Assembly (NCBI GenBank): GCA_044222065.1
Contig: JBGAOA010000066.1
Coordinates: 1-22,897 of the forward strand
Direction: 5' to 3'
DNA: 22,897 bases
Source of the DNA: Candidatus Eiseniibacteriota bacterium
Lineage (GTDB): Bacteria > Eisenbacteria > RBG-16-71-46
Shown: positions 1 through 8,595 of the stretch, piece after piece
Position numbering within the stretch: position 1 is the first letter of the stretch
How the letters are laid out: each line of letters opens with the position of its first letter
Translations under genes and position numbers: made by a program
The notes under the pieces: model-generated
Databases searched by the model: none
Seen by the model: the letters and a program-made list of their open reading frames with translations, nothing else
What the model was told of the DNA's origin: nothing

Positions 1-28
1 GCGCGCGTCGCGAGCGGGGCCGGCGCGT

Positions 29-1108
29 TCACGCGAGCGCGCGGCGGATCGCCGCGCCGCCGAGCACGCGCTCGCCGTCGTAGAACACCGCGAGCTGTCC
101 GGGCGTGACCGCGGTCTGCGGGACGTCGAAGCGCACCTCGACGCTCGCACCGCGCGAGGACGGCGGCGCGGCCGCGTGGGCCGACCGGATCCGGACGTCG
201 GCGCGGAACGCATCGTCCGGCGGCGAGGGCACGAGCCAGTTCACGCGCTCGGTCTCGAGCGCCGGCGCGGCGAGTGCGGCGCGCGGGCCGAGCGTCACGC
301 GATTCGACGCCGCGTCGATGCCGAGCACGTAGAGCGGCTCGGGTGAAGAGACGCCGAGTCCGCGCCGCTGTCCGATCGTGTAGTGGAGGATGCCGCGGTG
401 CTCGCCGAGCGTGCGCCCCGCCGCGTCCACGAACGCGCCGGGCGCGGTGCCGCGCGTCTCGCCGAGCTTCGCGACGGCGTAGCCGGCGTAGTCGCCGTCC
501 GGAACGAAGCACAGGTCCTGGCTCTCGGGCTTGTCCCACAGCGAGAGCCCGAGCCGGCGGCCGTGCTCGCGCACCTCGGCCTTCGTGAGTTCGCCGAGCG
601 GAAAGCGCACGCGTCCGAGCGTCGCGTAGGGCACGAGCGCGAGCGCGTAGCTCTGGTCCTTCGCCGGGTCGCGCGCCCGCAACAGCGCCCACGCGCCGTC
701 CGCAGTCCGCTCGACGCGGGCGTAGTGCCCGGTCGCGAGCGCGTCGCGGCCGAGCGCGTCCATGCGCGCGACGAGGTCGCCGAACTTGAGGTGCTGGTTG
801 CAGAGCGCGCACGGATACGGCGTGCGGCCGTGCGCGTAGTCGTCGAGGAACGGCTGCAGCACGCGGGCGCGGAACACGTCCTCGGCCTCGACGACGTAGT
901 GCGGAAATCCGAGCCGGCGCGCGACGCGCTTCGCGTCCTCGATCGCGTCCAGCGTGCAGCACGCGCGCTCGCTCACGGGGCTCGCGCCGTAGCACCACAG
1001 CTTGAGCGTGACGCCGGTCACGTCGTGGCCCTGCTCGGCGAGCAGCGCGGCGGCGACGCCCGAGTCCACGCCGCCGCTCATCGCGGCGAGCAAGCGCGCG
1101 CGCGTCAC
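29..1108 (-). CDS. mnmA: tRNA 2-thiouridine(34) synthase MnmA (CXXC+C type)
   Basis: PP-loop [48 protein letters not shown] and AVTPGQ motifs. GTG start at 1108 overlaps the iscS stop (GTGA). The ORF-track extension to 1288 is not credible. Confidence 0.96.
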   Translation of the reverse strand: MTRARLLAAMSGGVDSGVAAALLAEQGHDVTGVTLKLWCYGASPVSERACCTLDAIEDAKRVARRLGFPHYVVEAEDVFRARVLQPFLDDYAHGRTPYPCALCNQHLKFGDLVARMDALGRDALATGHYARVERTADGAWALLRARDPAKDQSYALALVPYATLGRVRFPLGELTKAEVREHGRRLGLSLWDKPESQDLCFVPDGDYAGYAVAKLGETRGTAPGAFVDAAGRTLGEHRGILHYTIGQRRGLGVSSPEPLYVLGIDAASNRVTLGPRAALAAPALETERVNWLVPSPPDDAFRADVRIRSAHAAAPPSSRGASVEVRFDVPQTAVTPGQLAVFYDGERVLGGAAIRRALA

Positions 1109-2250
1109 GCCGGCGCTCCCGCGGCGCGCACCGCGCGCACGGCGTCGGCGAGCGCCGCGAGCACGGCGGCGACGTCGTCGCCGGTCGTCGTCCGCCCCAT
1201 CGAGAAGCGCAGCGCGCACACGGCGAGTTCGCGCGGCACCTGCATCGCGGCGAGCACCGGCGACGGCTCGACGGCGCCGCTCGCGCACGCCGCGCCGGCG
1301 GACACCGCGACGCCGCGCGCATCCAGCGCGAGCAGCAGCGTGTCGCTGCGCGCCCCAGGGAACGAGGCGTTCACCGTGTTCGGCAGCCGCGGCGCACGCG
1401 CGCCGTGGATCACGGCGTCCGGCACCGCGGCGAGCAGACCGCGCTCGAACGTCTCGCGCAGCGCGAGCAGGCGCGCCGACTCGGTGCCGAGTTCGCGCGC
1501 GGCGAGTTCGGCCGCGACGCCGAAGCCGACGATGCCCGCGACGTTCTCGGTGCCGCCGCGCCGCCCGCGCTCGTGTCCGCTGCCGCGGAAGAGCGGCTCG
1601 AACGGCGCGTCGGCCGCGAGCGCGAGCGCGCCGACGCCCTTCGGTCCGCCGAGCTTGTGGGCCGAGACCACGAGGTAGTCGGCGCCGAGCGAGTCCAGGT
1701 CCACCGGCACCTTCCCCGCCGCCTGCACCGCGTCGCAGTGGACGCGCACGCCGCGCGCGTGCGCCCGGCGCGCGACGTCGGCGACGGGCTGGAGCACACC
1801 GGTCTCGTTGTTCGCGAGCATCAACGAGACGAGCGCGCAGTCCGGCGGCAGCGACTCGACGGCGGACGGCTCGACGAAGCCCGCCGGCAGCACGGGCAGG
1901 TGCGCGGCGCCGAATCCGAGCCGGCGCAGCAGGTCGCCGGCGCCGTGCACGGCGTGGTGCTCGATGGGCGAGAACGCGAGCGTGCGGCCGCGCGCCTCGA
2001 GCGCGAGCGCCGCGCCCACGAGCGCCGCGTGGTCGCCCTCGGTGCCGCCGCTCGTGAACGCGATCCGCTCAGGCGGCGCGCCGAGGAGTGCCGCGACGCG
2101 CTCGCGCGCACGCTCGACCTCGGCGCGTGCCGCCTGGCCCGCGCGGTGCAGGCTCGATGGGTTCGCCGGAAAGCGCTCGAGCGCGTCCGCCATCGCCGCG
2201 CGCACTTCGGGACGCACGGGCGTGGAGGCGTTGTGGTCGAAATAGATCAT
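1105..2250 (-). CDS. iscS: Cysteine desulfurase (IscS/NifS group I, PLP-dependent)
   Basis: [12 protein letters not shown]-terminus, [36 protein letters not shown] (PLP Lys) and SAGAACASG (catalytic Cys loop). ATG at 2250. Confidence 0.93.
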   Translation of the reverse strand: MIYFDHNASTPVRPEVRAAMADALERFPANPSSLHRAGQAARAEVERARERVAALLGAPPERIAFTSGGTEGDHAALVGAALALEARGRTLAFSPIEHHAVHGAGDLLRRLGFGAAHLPVLPAGFVEPSAVESLPPDCALVSLMLANNETGVLQPVADVARRAHARGVRVHCDAVQAAGKVPVDLDSLGADYLVVSAHKLGGPKGVGALALAADAPFEPLFRGSGHERGRRGGTENVAGIVGFGVAAELAARELGTESARLLALRETFERGLLAAVPDAVIHGARAPRLPNTVNASFPGARSDTLLLALDARGVAVSAGAACASGAVEPSPVLAAMQVPRELAVCALRFSMGRTTTGDDVAAVLAALADAVRAVRAAGAPA

Positions 2251-2289
2251 GGGGCGCGGATGATGGCACGAGCGGCCCCCGCCTCCCAA
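2251..2289 (-). promoter_or_regulatory. Putative sigma70-type promoter directly abutting the iscS start (leaderless or near-leaderless)
   Basis: Minus strand reads TTGGGA-N18-CATCAT (preceded by TGc, extended -10), then CCGCGCCCC-ATG. No Shine-Dalgarno sequence. Confidence 0.45.
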
Positions 2290-2511
2290 GCGGCTCCGGG
2301 GCCGGCTCGCACGCGCGCTTTGGGGCTCGCGCGGCGTTCGTTTCGCGCGTCGCCCACCGCGCAAAGCGCTCGCGCGCGGCGTGCGATTCACGCGCTCGCG
2401 CGAACGCGCGGCCGCCTCCGCGCCGCGCACCCTGCACGATTCGGCGCGCGCGGACGTGCGTTCCGCACGAACGCGACGCCGCGAGCGCCGTTACTTCGCC
2501 GTAATGACCCG

Positions 2512-2526
2512 TGGCACCGGGCTTGC
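2512..2526 (+). promoter_or_regulatory. Sigma-54 (RpoN) -24/-12 promoter for the minor pilin operon
   Basis: TGGCAC-CGGGC-TTGC matches the TGGCAC-N5-TTGC consensus. It lies about 85 bp upstream of the first pilin ATG. Confidence 0.8.
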
Positions 2527-2611
2527 GATTCCTGCGGTGCCAAACCGTTCGGCTTCCTGGACGAAGCACGCGCGGCCTGTTTCGGACGTGTAACGCGGGG
2601 GTAGCGACAGG

Positions 2612-3028
2612 ATGCGTCGACCCGACAGCAGAGGATTCACGCTCGTGGAGCTCATGGTCACGATCGTCGTGATGGGCATCATCGCCGGAATCGCAGCTCC
2701 GACCGTCACCGGCTTCATCAACTCGAGCCGGCTGTCCGGCGCGGCGAACACGCTCATGGGCGATCTCCACTACGCGCACACGCTCGCGAGCGGCCAGCGC
2801 CGGACTTACGAGCTGCGCACCGACAGCACGCGCTACTCGATCGTGCGCACGTCGCCCGACTCGGTCGTCATGAGCCGCACGCTCGCGGGCGGACTGCGCT
2901 TCGGCGCGCGCGATACGACTTCGTTCTTCGCGTGGGGACTCAACGAGGCCGCGACGTTCACGGTCTCGCACGGCGGCAGCTCGAAGATCGTCCGGATCAC
3001 GACCGGCGGGCGGGTGTCCCGTGACTGA
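2612..3028 (+). CDS. Type IV minor pilin, FimT/FimU (GspH)-like
   Basis: Class III signal RG|FTLVELMVTIVVMGIIAGIAAP (E5, P22), followed by the SRLSGAANTLMGDLHYAHTLA helix typical of FimT/FimU. First gene of the cluster. Confidence 0.85.
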   Translation: MRRPDSRGFTLVELMVTIVVMGIIAGIAAPTVTGFINSSRLSGAANTLMGDLHYAHTLASGQRRTYELRTDSTRYSIVRTSPDSVVMSRTLAGGLRFGARDTTSFFAWGLNEAATFTVSHGGSSKIVRITTGGRVSRD

Positions 3029-3395
3029 CCCGCGCACGGCTCCGCGCCGCGACGCCGCGGCGGGCTTCACGCTCGTCGAACTGATGGTCGTCCTGATCAT
3101 CCTCGCCGTCGGCGTGCTCGCCCTCTCCGGCGTGCAGACGCGGTCGTCGAACGACGTCTACAAGACCGGCCGCCGCTCGCGCGCGCTGTCGGTCGCGCAG
3201 CAGCAGATCGAGATCGCCCGCGCCGCCGGCTATTCGATCGCGGTCTCCGACACCGGCGTCACGGACGGAATGAACTGGACCACGCAGGTGGACTCGGCCG
3301 ACGTGGACATGAAGCGCGTCCTCGTCACGGTGAGCTGGACGGAATCGGGGGACACGACCTCGCTCCAGCTCGAAACCCGGCTCGCGCTGCGATGA
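3021..3395 (+). CDS. Type IV minor pilin, PilV (GspI)-like
   Basis: AG|FTLVELMVVLIILAVGVLAL, ALSVAQQQIE helix and KRVLVTVSW strand. Overlaps the upstream gene by 8 bp. Confidence 0.85.
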   Translation: MTDPRTAPRRDAAAGFTLVELMVVLIILAVGVLALSGVQTRSSNDVYKTGRRSRALSVAQQQIEIARAAGYSIAVSDTGVTDGMNWTTQVDSADVDMKRVLVTVSWTESGDTTSLQLETRLALR

Positions 3396-3991
3396 GGAGG
3401 GAACCCTTGAACCGCGCCCGTCGCCGGCCCGAAGCCGGCATGACCCTCGTCGAGCTGATGGTGGCCGTCGGCATCTTCGCGCTCGTCGCCGCCGCGCTCA
3501 CCGCGATCCTGTTCTCCTCGACGCGCCTCGGCACGCGCACGTCCGCGCGCGCCGACGTGCAGGCGACCTCCCGCCAGGCGATGTCCCTCCTGACGACCGA
3601 GCTGCGTCAGGCCGGGCTCGATCCGACCATTCCGCCCGTCGGCATCGTCGGCATCGTGTCGGGCGACAGCACCTCCGTCCACGTGCGCGCCGACTTGAAC
3701 GCGAACGGCACGCTGCAGACCGCGGAGCCGTCCGAGGACGTGACCTACACGTACGTGGACTCGATCGGAACCCTGATGCGCAACCCCGGCACCGGGTCCG
3801 TCGCCGTGATGTCCGGCATCACGGACTTCCGCATCAGCTACTTCGACGCCGCCAACAACCCGATCACCACGCTGCCGCTCGATGCGACGAACGCGGCGCT
3901 CGTGCGCTCGATCGGCATCTCGCTCACCGCGGTCGAGGGCGAAGCCGCCCCCGTCACGCTCACCACCCGCGTCACGCTCCGCAACCGCTGA
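3392..3991 (+). CDS. Type IV minor pilin, PilW (GspJ)-like
   Basis: AG|MTLVELMVAVGIFALV, RQAMSLLTTELRQAG and a C-terminal TRVTLRN, all typical of PilW. ATGA overlap with the pilV-like stop; an alternative TTG start at 3407 follows GAGGAGG. Confidence 0.85.
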   Translation: MRREPLNRARRRPEAGMTLVELMVAVGIFALVAAALTAILFSSTRLGTRTSARADVQATSRQAMSLLTTELRQAGLDPTIPPVGIVGIVSGDSTSVHVRADLNANGTLQTAEPSEDVTYTYVDSIGTLMRNPGTGSVAVMSGITDFRISYFDAANNPITTLPLDATNAALVRSIGISLTAVEGEAAPVTLTTRVTLRNR

Positions 3992-4027
3992 GCGGCGCAG
4001 CCCCGAATGTCCTTCGAGGAGTCGACC

Positions 4028-4474
4028 ATGAAGCAGCGGCAGTCCAGCGAGCGCGGGTCCGCGATGGTGATGGCGCTCGGCGCGCTGGCGATCCTGGCGG
4101 TCATCGCGATCGTGATCGTGGCGGTCGTCGTGTCCGAGAAGCGCACCTCGTTCTCCGAGTACGTCGGCTCGCGTTCGTTCTACTCGGCCGACGCGGCGAG
4201 CGAAGCGGGCGTCAACTGGATCCGTCACCAGTACACGCCGCCGACGGTCGTGGACACGCTCAACAACGTGCGCACGACCACGACGTACACGCCGATCGGC
4301 AACGAGAACCGCTACAAGTTCGACGTCCGTTACATGCGCAAGCGCTACCGGCCGGGCTGGAGCTCGGAATACAAGGACTACGAATACCGCGTGGATGCGA
4401 CCGGCACGAGCGCACAGGCCACCCAGGCCGCCATCGAAGTCAAGGCAACGCGTCTTTATCGGGAGGGCTACTGA
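4028..4474 (+). CDS. Type IV minor pilin, PilX (GspK)-like
   Basis: ERG|SAMVMALGALAILAVI lacks E5, as is diagnostic for PilX/GspK. SFYSADAASEAG is the PilX N-terminal pattern. SD GAGGAG at 4016-4021 favours ATG 4028 over 4007. Confidence 0.82.
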   Translation: MKQRQSSERGSAMVMALGALAILAVIAIVIVAVVVSEKRTSFSEYVGSRSFYSADAASEAGVNWIRHQYTPPTVVDTLNNVRTTTTYTPIGNENRYKFDVRYMRKRYRPGWSSEYKDYEYRVDATGTSAQATQAAIEVKATRLYREGY

Positions 4475-4476
4475 TC

Positions 4477-7119
4477 ATGGTCCGTCGTCGCAGTTGGTTC
4501 GGGCTGGTCCTCGCGGCCGCGACCATGGTCGGTCTTGCGGGCGTGGCGAACGCCACCTGTCAGATTCCACTCGCCATCGGATCGAACACCGGTGATGCGA
4601 ACGTGCTCATCCTGTTCGACAACTCGGGAAGCATGAACGAGGCGCTGACCCACAGCGCCTACAATCCGAGCACGCGCTACAACGGCAATTTCGACCGCAA
4701 CACGACCTACGACATCTCGGTGACCGGCAACTACACGCCGCGCAGCTTCCGCAGCACGTGGCCGAGCACGCCGACCGCGCGGCTCGTCGCGAGCGACCTC
4801 GGCTACGCCGGCAGCTACTCCGGCAACTACCTCAACTGGGTGTACTTCTACGCCACGACGGCGCAGCGCACCGCGATTCCGCAGGTCACGCGCATTCAGG
4901 CCGCGAAGTCGGCCATGAGCTCGTTCCTCGGCGGCATCACGGACGTGCGGCTCGGCCTCGAGAAGTTCAACTACGACAACGGCGGCACCATCGTCGCGAA
5001 CATCGGAAGCCCGATCGCGACGATCCAGACCGGAATCGCCGCGCTCGCGGGCGACTCGTGGACGCCGCTCGCGGAGTCCATGAACACGGCGCTCGACTAC
5101 TTTTCGCAGACGGGCCCCTCGGCCCCGATCCAGGCCGAGTGCCAGAAGACCTTCATCGTCATCATGACGGACGGTCTGCCGACTCGTGACACCGGCGTGG
5201 CCGGGTTCATTCGCGACGCGAATCGCGACGGCTACTACCTGGACGACATCGCCGGCTACATGTACCGCAACGACCTGCGGCCGGACATGGACGGCATCCA
5301 GAACGTCGCGACGTTCACGATCGGCTTCAACCTCGACCACAACCTGCTCCAGACCACCGCGGACAACGGCGGCGGCGAGTACTTCAACGTCAACAACGCG
5401 ACCGAGCTGACGACGGCGCTCACCGAGAGCTTCAACCAGATCGCGGCGCGCGTCGCCGCCGGCGCCGCCGTGTCGGTCGTGTCGTCCGAGGACCGCTCGA
5501 GCAACCGGCTGTTCCGCGCGCGCTACGAGTCGCTCACGTGGCGCGGCTTCCTCGAGGCGTTCAGCCTGCCGTACCACAGCGGCGATCACCCGCTGTGGGA
5601 CGCCGGCGAGTTGCTGCGCGCGCGTTCGGCCTCGAGCCGCACGATCTTCACCTCGACGAGCGGCACGTCGCTCTACAACTTCACGAGCGGGAACGCCTCG
5701 GCGCTGATGACCTACCTGGGCACGGCGGACCTCACGCGGGCGCAGAACATCATCAACTACGTGCGCGGCGACTCGATCGTCGGCTACCGCAGCCGCAGCG
5801 GCTGGAAGCTCGGCGACATCGTGGACCCGGCGCCGGTGATGGTCGGCAAGCCGGCGGGTTACAGCGAGCTGAGCGGCTACGTGTCGTATCGCAACGCGAA
5901 CGCCGGCCGCCGCGAAGTGCTGTACGTCGCGGCGAACGACGGCCAGCTCCACTGCTTCGACGTCGCCGACGGCTCCGAACTGTGGTCGTACATCCCGAAG
6001 GACCAGCTGCCGAAGCTCGGCGACCTCACGGATCCGTCGTACTGCCACTCGTACTTCCTCAACATGACCCCGGGCGCGTACGACATCAAGTTCGGCTCGA
6101 CGTGGAAGACCGTGGTCGTCGGCGGCGAGGCGCAGGGCGGCAACGGCCTGTTCGCGCTCGACGTCACGAACCCGGCCGCGGACTCGGTCCGGCTGCTGTG
6201 GGACGTGAGCCCGACGGCGCTCAAGGGCGCCTGGGCGCCGCCCACGCTCGTCATGGACCGTCAGCTCGGCCGCCAGCTGCTCTGCATCGGCACGGGCTAC
6301 GACGGAACCTCGACCGTCGCGAACCTGCTCGTCGTGGACCCGGTGAACGGTTCGATCATCCGCACGTTCGCGCTCGGACCGGCGTCGGCGGGCAACAAGA
6401 TCTCGAAGACGACGGCGTTCGACAGCGACTTCGACGGCTACGAGGACCTGCTGTTCTGCGGCGACCTGAACGGCAACCTGTGGCGCGTCAAGCTCACGAC
6501 GAATCCGTGGACGGTGACGAAGCTGTACAGCGGCTCGCAGCCGATCCAGGCGCCGCCGATCGTGACGACCGACGAACTGGGCCGGCCGATGGTGTTCTTC
6601 GGCACCGGGCGCTTCCTCACGGCGAGCGACCCGACGAGCACCTCGACGCAGTCCATCGTCGCGGTCATCGACAACGGCTCGGACTCGACGCGCTACATGT
6701 CCGATCTCGTGAACCAGACCACGACCTTCACGCCGCTCACGAGCGGCTCGCGCGGCTGGTACATCAACCTGTCGAGCAGCGGCGAGCGCGTGACGCGCAG
6801 CGCGGCGCTGATCGCGGGCACGCTGTTCGTGCCCTCGTTCGCGCCCACCGCGGCGGCCTGCACGGGCGGCGGCCAGTCCTGGCTCTACAGCCTCGACTAC
6901 GCCGACGGCTCCGCGCCCGACCATTCGAACGGCGCCGAGAACAACGTCACCACCGGGCGCAAGCAGTCCATGGGCGACGGCATCCTCGCCGACCCGACGG
7001 TGGACCTCGTCAACGAGCAGCTCATCCTGCAGTCGTCGAACGCCGTGCTGCTCACCGAAGACATCAGCGCCGGCCTCAAGAAGCTGATGGTCCGTTCGTG
7101 GCGCCAGAAGTGGAACTAA
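4477..7119 (+). CDS. pilY1: PilY1/PilC-family type IV pilus tip adhesin (vWA + beta-propeller)
   Basis: Sec signal ending ANA. vWA MIDAS motif ILFDNSGSM plus TPLAESM and IVIMTDG. PilY1 motifs INYVRGD, KLGDIVDPAP, LYVAANDGQLHCF, ELWSYIP, DSDFDGYED, GDLNGNLWR, FFGTG, RGWYINL and a terminal SWRQ. Confidence 0.93.
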   Translation: MVRRRSWFGLVLAAATMVGLAGVANATCQIPLAIGSNTGDANVLILFDNSGSMNEALTHSAYNPSTRYNGNFDRNTTYDISVTGNYTPRSFRSTWPSTPTARLVASDLGYAGSYSGNYLNWVYFYATTAQRTAIPQVTRIQAAKSAMSSFLGGITDVRLGLEKFNYDNGGTIVANIGSPIATIQTGIAALAGDSWTPLAESMNTALDYFSQTGPSAPIQAECQKTFIVIMTDGLPTRDTGVAGFIRDANRDGYYLDDIAGYMYRNDLRPDMDGIQNVATFTIGFNLDHNLLQTTADNGGGEYFNVNNATELTTALTESFNQIAARVAAGAAVSVVSSEDRSSNRLFRARYESLTWRGFLEAFSLPYHSGDHPLWDAGELLRARSASSRTIFTSTSGTSLYNFTSGNASALMTYLGTADLTRAQNIINYVRGDSIVGYRSRSGWKLGDIVDPAPVMVGKPAGYSELSGYVSYRNANAGRREVLYVAANDGQLHCFDVADGSELWSYIPKDQLPKLGDLTDPSYCHSYFLNMTPGAYDIKFGSTWKTVVVGGEAQGGNGLFALDVTNPAADSVRLLWDVSPTALKGAWAPPTLVMDRQLGRQLLCIGTGYDGTSTVANLLVVDPVNGSIIRTFALGPASAGNKISKTTAFDSDFDGYEDLLFCGDLNGNLWRVKLTTNPWTVTKLYSGSQPIQAPPIVTTDELGRPMVFFGTGRFLTASDPTSTSTQSIVAVIDNGSDSTRYMSDLVNQTTTFTPLTSGSRGWYINLSSSGERVTRSAALIAGTLFVPSFAPTAAACTGGGQSWLYSLDYADGSAPDHSNGAENNVTTGRKQSMGDGILADPTVDLVNEQLILQSSNAVLLTEDISAGLKKLMVRSWRQKWN

Positions 7120-7133
7120 GGAGGAGAGACCCC

Positions 7134-7547
7134 ATGCACCGTCATCTGAGTTTCGCGCTTCGCACCGCTGCGGTGTCGCTCCTGCTCGCCGCCTTCGCGA
7201 TCGCCGCGCACGCCGACGATCCCCAGGCCCGCCGTCGCGGGCCGGGGGTGTGGCGCAAGCCGAGCTTCGCCCTGTCCGGCGTCTACACGGGCGTCGTGGG
7301 CGGGCAGATCGTCATCGACGGCGTCGCGTATCCCATCAAGCCGAATGCGTCGGCGTACCAGCTGGGCTACGGCCCGGTTCCGCTCAACGCACTCGCGATC
7401 GGCCGCGTCGTCTACGTGACCGGTTCGGGCGCGCCCGAGTCGGGCATCGTGACAAGCGTCGTCGCGCGCCCCGCGAGCGAAGACACCGATCCGTCCGGCG
7501 ACCTGTCGCGCTTCGTCACCGCGCGGACCACCCCGTTCGACCAGTAA
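7134..7547 (+). CDS. Small secreted protein, PilY2/DUF5666-like OB-fold candidate
   Basis: SD AGGAGGAG right after the pilY1 stop, ATG at 7134, signal peptide ending AAHA, and a beta-rich core SGVYTGVVGGQIVIDGVAY...LAIGRVVYVTG...IVTSVV. It is the 3' end of ORF 5538..7547. Confidence 0.7.
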   Translation: MHRHLSFALRTAAVSLLLAAFAIAAHADDPQARRRGPGVWRKPSFALSGVYTGVVGGQIVIDGVAYPIKPNASAYQLGYGPVPLNALAIGRVVYVTGSGAPESGIVTSVVARPASEDTDPSGDLSRFVTARTTPFDQ

Positions 7548-7581
7548 TCGTCGGGCGGGAACGAGCCAGGGAGGTTCAGGC

Positions 7582-8520
7582 ATGAAGCGATGGACGATGG
7601 GCGGGGCGAGCGCGATGCTCGCCCTCGCCCTGTTCGCGGCGGGATGCGCCGGCGAGCGGAACGGAGCGACCGCGGGCGGCTCGACGCACGACACCGGGCT
7701 GCGGCTCGCGCCCGATCCGGCGAACGTCAACGCGCAGATCGCCGCGGTCGTGGACGCGCCGGACGCGGACCCGCGGTTGTGCACGTATCAGTGGAGCCGC
7801 AACGGCGCCCAGATCGCCGAGGCGAGCGGCAGCACGCTCGACCCGGTGCGCTTCCGCAAGGGCGACCGCATCGGCGTCGCGGTCGGCGTGCCGGGAACGA
7901 ACGGCCGCCCCGGACGCACGCTGAACGCCGAGCTGCGCGTCGGAAACGCGCCGCCGGCCGTGACGGCGATCGCGCTCGCGACGGCGCCGGGCGCGAGCGG
8001 CACCGAAGTGCGCGCGACCCCGGAGTATTCCGATCCCGACGGCGACGAGGTCACCTGCACGTACCAGTGGCTCCGGAACGGACAGGCGGTCGCGGGCGCG
8101 ACCACGCCGGCGTTCGTCGTGACGAACCTCGGCGCCGGCGACCGCGTGTGCGTGGACGTGACGGCGGACGACGGCGACCTGCGGTCCGAGGCGCGCCGCT
8201 CCGAAGAGGTGCGGTTCGACAACCGTCCCCCGGCGTTCACGTCGCAGCCCGTCGCGCTCTCGCCCACGGAAGCGACGTTCCGCTATCAGGCGGTCGCCGC
8301 CGATCCCGACGGCGATCCGCTGCGCTACGAACTCGTGCGCGGACCGGCCGGCATGACGGTCGCCCCGAACGGCGCGCTCGAGTGGCCCCTCCCGCCGCCG
8401 GCGGAGCGCGCGGGCGTGTACGAGATCACGGTGCGCGCGACCGACGGCAAGGGCGGCGAGGCGATCCAGCGTTTCACGCTCCGGCTCGGAGCCCCGACGG
8501 CGAAGTCCAACGCGTCCTGA
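7582..8520 (+). CDS. Lipoprotein with tandem Ig/cadherin-like domains
   Basis: SD GGGAGG, lipobox FAAG-C, two repeats containing CTYQWxRNG...GDRxxVxV, NAPP/NRPP linkers, DPDGD twice, and a C-terminal putative-Ig module (GPAGMTVAPNGALEW...YEITVRATDG). Confidence 0.85.
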   Translation: MKRWTMGGASAMLALALFAAGCAGERNGATAGGSTHDTGLRLAPDPANVNAQIAAVVDAPDADPRLCTYQWSRNGAQIAEASGSTLDPVRFRKGDRIGVAVGVPGTNGRPGRTLNAELRVGNAPPAVTAIALATAPGASGTEVRATPEYSDPDGDEVTCTYQWLRNGQAVAGATTPAFVVTNLGAGDRVCVDVTADDGDLRSEARRSEEVRFDNRPPAFTSQPVALSPTEATFRYQAVAADPDGDPLRYELVRGPAGMTVAPNGALEWPLPPPAERAGVYEITVRATDGKGGEAIQRFTLRLGAPTAKSNAS

Positions 8521-8549
8521 GCGGACCGCGAGTCCGCGACCCAAAGCAC

Positions 8550-8579
8550 GACGGCCACCTTCGAGCGAAGGTGGCCGTC
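8550..8579. terminator. Hairpin between convergent genes, probable bidirectional terminator
   Basis: GACGGCCACCTTC-GAGC-GAAGGTGGCCGTC forms a perfect 13-bp stem. There is no strong U tract. Confidence 0.7.
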
Positions 8580-8595
8580 CGCGTTCCGGAGCGCG

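Noticed and set aside
2264..2280. Second TGGCAC as another sigma-54 site
   Set aside because: There is no TTGC at the -12 position. It is better explained as the reverse strand of the iscS extended -10.
2636..3465. Thrice-repeated DNA motif resembling TTCACGCTCGTSGARCTSATGGT
   Set aside because: It simply encodes the conserved prepilin N-methylation motif (F/M)TLVELMV and is not a CRISPR or recombination repeat.
4468..6924. Long antisense/alternative-frame ORFs (e.g. 4468..6924, 13169..15418, 19934..22726, 383..1678)
   Set aside because: These are Arg/Ala/Pro-rich shadow frames of real genes, expected at this GC content, with no recognisable motifs.
2612..7547. Horizontally acquired island (visibly less GC-rich than the flanks)
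   Set aside because: Third codon positions remain strongly G/C. The shift is explained by Thr/Ser/Asn/Tyr-rich secreted proteins, and there is no integrase, tRNA or flanking direct repeat.
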